From Patellaria atrata CBS 101060 (Eukaryota): a DNA stretch of 64,000 nucleotides. The translations under genes were made by a program, and so were the position numbers. Positions 60,707 through 64,000 of this stretch are shown here, one piece after another (positions within the stretch are counted from its first letter, which is position 1; every line of letters starts with the position of its first letter). The DNA is taken from assembly GCA_010093705.1 (NCBI GenBank), contig MU006098.1, positions 882,666-946,665 on the forward strand, given 5' to 3'. The notes below the pieces were generated by a model, which saw only the letters and a program-made list of their open reading frames with translations, was not told the DNA's origin and ran no database searches.

Positions 60707-63700
60707 CGGTCGCGCGATCGCGAAGTAAAGGAAGAATTTTCAGAGGTCAAGGTCCGAGGATGAGTAAGGTAGAACTGGAGGGAGTATGAATTGTTGGGGA
60801 GGAAAGCGCAATAGAGTCGAATGTCGAGGGTTGTGGTTCGGAGAGAAAGCGTATGGACCCTCGAGATGCAAGCGTCTGGCACGCAATGGCAACGCGAGTC
60901 GTGCAATTTTGCGAGGAATATATGCGGTCGCAAGCGTCTGCTTGGAGAAAGGAATAATAGGTAGACGAATGTAAAGATCGTTTTGGTGTGGTAACTTAAG
61001 TTTTGGTTGGCGTGGACGAGGTGAGGTTCGAATGGAAGTGTTCGGTGGAGGCTTATGTCACGACGGGAACGGTAACAAGACGGAATGGAAGGTTGCAGCG
61101 AGGCAACGAAGGTTAAAGCGCGAATCCGGAGGAGGTGCAATGGGTGAAAGAGGTATGTTTTGGTGTGGTTTCCTCCACTACTTTGCAAAAGGTTATTATT
61201 GGTGAGGGTAAGGTAGAACAAAGCAGAAGCCGATCTGCTGTACTGTATGCACTGTACAGTGCAGAACAGTACCACAAGCACTGAGGTGTACAGTACCTAC
61301 CTACACTTTGCTGGGGCGCCGCAAAGGCAGCACAAAACTGGTAGGTAGTTCAACGACGTCTCAGATCAAGAGGCAACATCATTCAGATGGTAGAAGGAGA
61401 TGAATCCCCAGTAAAGGTGATTGTTATTATTATCTTCTCAGTCGCCAATGGACATGGGAGGGTGAGAAAGAGGAATGACGAGGAGCGAGCAACGGGGGAG
61501 AGAATGGGAAGCAGCCCAGAGGCGTGAGAGGGTGTGAGAGGCGTGCACGGTTGGGAAGTGGAGGGATTCTTTGCAGAATAATGCAGCTGATGCACGAGAT
61601 CGGGGAAGGAATGGTAAGGGTAAAATAAGTGGTAAGGGTAAGTTACCAGTTAGTTTGGAGACGACTGTAGACTGCGAATAATAATAATGAAATTATTGTC
61701 GTCTTTTCCTCCGAAAGATGTTCTAGCAGATATAGCTATATACACCAAAAGCCAGATATACTTTTTGAAGACATCCGCACACTGTCCAGTATGAAAAAGC
61801 TTTGGAACAAGAACGACAACCTCGTCCATAAGGTACCTTACGCTCCAGCTCTTATACTACAAGTATGTTTTAATAAGATGATTAATAAGGTAATCCCATC
61901 TTCGTTTTCCTCTTCGCTCACATGGGGATGGAGAATATCTACTTGTACGGTACTTTACCCCAGCTTTGACTTTGCTCTGCTCTTTATTCACCTTCATACA
62001 CCATGACGTGTTCTTGTATTTTTATAAAAAAAAAACACACATGAAGTACTTTGGTCAGTTAAGTGCAGGAACGTAAGGTAGCAGATACCATCGGGTAGCC
62101 TTCATATCAGGTTAGTAGTAAGAGCCTCCACTGTGAGGTTGTAAGGTATACTCATCCTTAAAACTACAAGTCCCCGCATTTTTCTTTCAGTGTTTTACTG
62201 TACTGTCAAGGTTGAATTACGCCTTTACGGTAGTTCTTATGGATTATTTCAGTTCGCTTCTAATTACGTGCAACCTGTCCTCTTTCGCTCCGTAAGGTAC
62301 CTTACGCCATTATTCCCACAAAGTTTACCTTATTATTCCTCACATTCCTCATACTGAAGTCAAGGACGGCACCCATTTTAAACGGTGGAAACATGTTCGG
62401 GCTGACATCTGAAACGTCTAGTAGGATCCCGTTGTGCTCTCGGCACCAATCTGCGTATGTGTCTCGAGAAAATTATGAGTAAGGTGTGGTCCCCTCCTCG
62501 CTGATCTCTCCCAGCAAAAGCTTTGGTTTTTGGTTTTTAATATGGGTGACGCCCGCAGCGCAGAAGTAGTGGCTTGACCTGCTCAAGATCAATATAATCG
62601 AAGCTGCACCTCACTCTGTTCGACAATTCCAGACTGCTTTAGTTTCCTCTTGCTGGTGAATCATTCCTGGCTTGTGGCTGGACGAAAAGTCATCTGCCAT
62701 GGAAGAAAAGTCAGATCAGTTTGTGTTATACCGTAAAGCCTTGAAACTACTCCCGTAGTCCCGTATCCCGGCCTGGTTTGAAACCTGGGAAGTCGTACGA
62801 AGATCTTCAACTGTATGACTTACGAGTAAAATAATAATACGGAGCAAGAAAAGACCTGACCTTGGGGGTAGTTCTGTTCTACGGGAAACATTATTACCTT
62901 GGTCGTGTGTGGTAGATACCTGACCTACCCGTGGGGAAGAAGGGGAGGGGGGGAGGGGGGGGAGGGGTGGGGGTGTAAATCTCACCACAAGGTACAGTAC
63001 CTCGCAGTAGGAGCTTAGATCCAAGGTAGGGCGTCGTCAACATCACAAAGATCTATTCGGCACTTTTCTTAATCTTTGCCTGCACTCCGCAGAGTATCCC
63101 TTGATTTCCTGTTACCTGCTTCTGGTTTGTCTCTTGGGGTAAATTCGGCAACTGGATCGGGGTGTCGATACCGCCAATAGAATTCCATCAGACTGAGGGT
63201 GAAGATGCTGGTGATGCGACAGACGAGCCATGAATCCATCGTTATTGCCATCTCCATACTGCAAGGCCATAACGCTTGTTAAACGTTAAGGAAGTAAAAG
63301 GCGTAGCGAGACGGAGATCGTCTCGTCAATCGCGGCGATCTTAGCCATGAAGCATAACAGAAGAGAGGGATGTACAGCCGATCTCCCTCCGGATACATAG
63401 ACAGGTACGAGAGTTGGCTGTCGTCGTAACTCGTAAGATGTTAATCTTTTACTGCTGATAATCAAGATCGTGCATTGCCTATCCCATTCGCTTCCGACTC
63501 GATCATCGTTCATCGGCTGTCTACGATTAATCAGGTCCGAGTTCCAGACCTCATTCGGCGGCTTTCCGTCTCCTAACATCATATCTCCTCCTGCTCGTCC
63601 AAGAAGGTTTTCGTCGACTACCGGTATGATACTTGCAGAGGACTGGAACAATCGTTACAAAGAACTCATCTGAATTCTACCGCCTGGCAGGGCTGGACCT

Positions 63701-64000
63701 CAGAATTGGCCCTAAGGATCTGGAGGTGCCCACTCCGTTTGGCTAGGGATATGTGATGGACTTGGTTTAATTCCCTCTAACGGTAGTGCGTCGTGCTCAT
63801 GTTCTGGATTATCAAATGGTGACGCTCGAAACGGAAGCGGACGGTTCATCTTCGATTCTCAGCTTGGGATGAAATAGAGTTACTGCGACACCAGGTAGCA
63901 AAATGTGGTTACTATAGTTCCACGTCGACGGCGGAAAACTTCAGACTGTGCTGTAGGGAACGACTTGGTGACGTACAACTGATCCAGATTGTGCTGACGC

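Noticed and set aside
1..64000. CRISPR arrays, rRNA, autonomous transposons, secondary-metabolite cluster
   Set aside because: No repeat-spacer arrays, rRNA motifs, transposase/RT ORFs or PKS/NRPS/terpene synthase genes were seen.

Overview
Eukaryotic DNA from a filamentous ascomycete (Pezizomycotina; short spliceosomal introns with CTRAY branch sites; the gene set fits a Dothideomycete-like fungus, but this is not provable from this window). I can support 22 protein-coding genes, one of them with an aberrant splice acceptor. They include a bZIP factor, an arrestin-fold protein, a Vam7 SNARE, an AA9 LPMO, a DUF2985-like membrane protein, an APC permease, a Yju3-like lipase ending in SKL, a PAN/apple secreted protein, a small Cys-rich secreted protein, a GH64 glucanase, a D-2-hydroxyacid dehydrogenase, an MGMT, Hsp90, a high-affinity cAMP phosphodiesterase and several hypotheticals. 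There is also one intron-containing tRNA-Gln(CTG) and one decayed HET-domain pseudogene. The most unusual signals are: a tRNA-headed, non-cloverleaf, putative Pol III structured RNA (~13.33-13.46 kb); a 288-bp Mutator-like fold-back element inside an intron; three GC-AG introns plus an apparent GT-AT intron; a weak GC-donor intron in the bZIP gene whose retention would swap the C-terminus; and a stop/start-overlapping uORF in a long ATG-depleted PDE leader. Exon boundaries were derived by hand and family names come from motif recognition, not database searches. No multi-gene novel system could be demonstrated.
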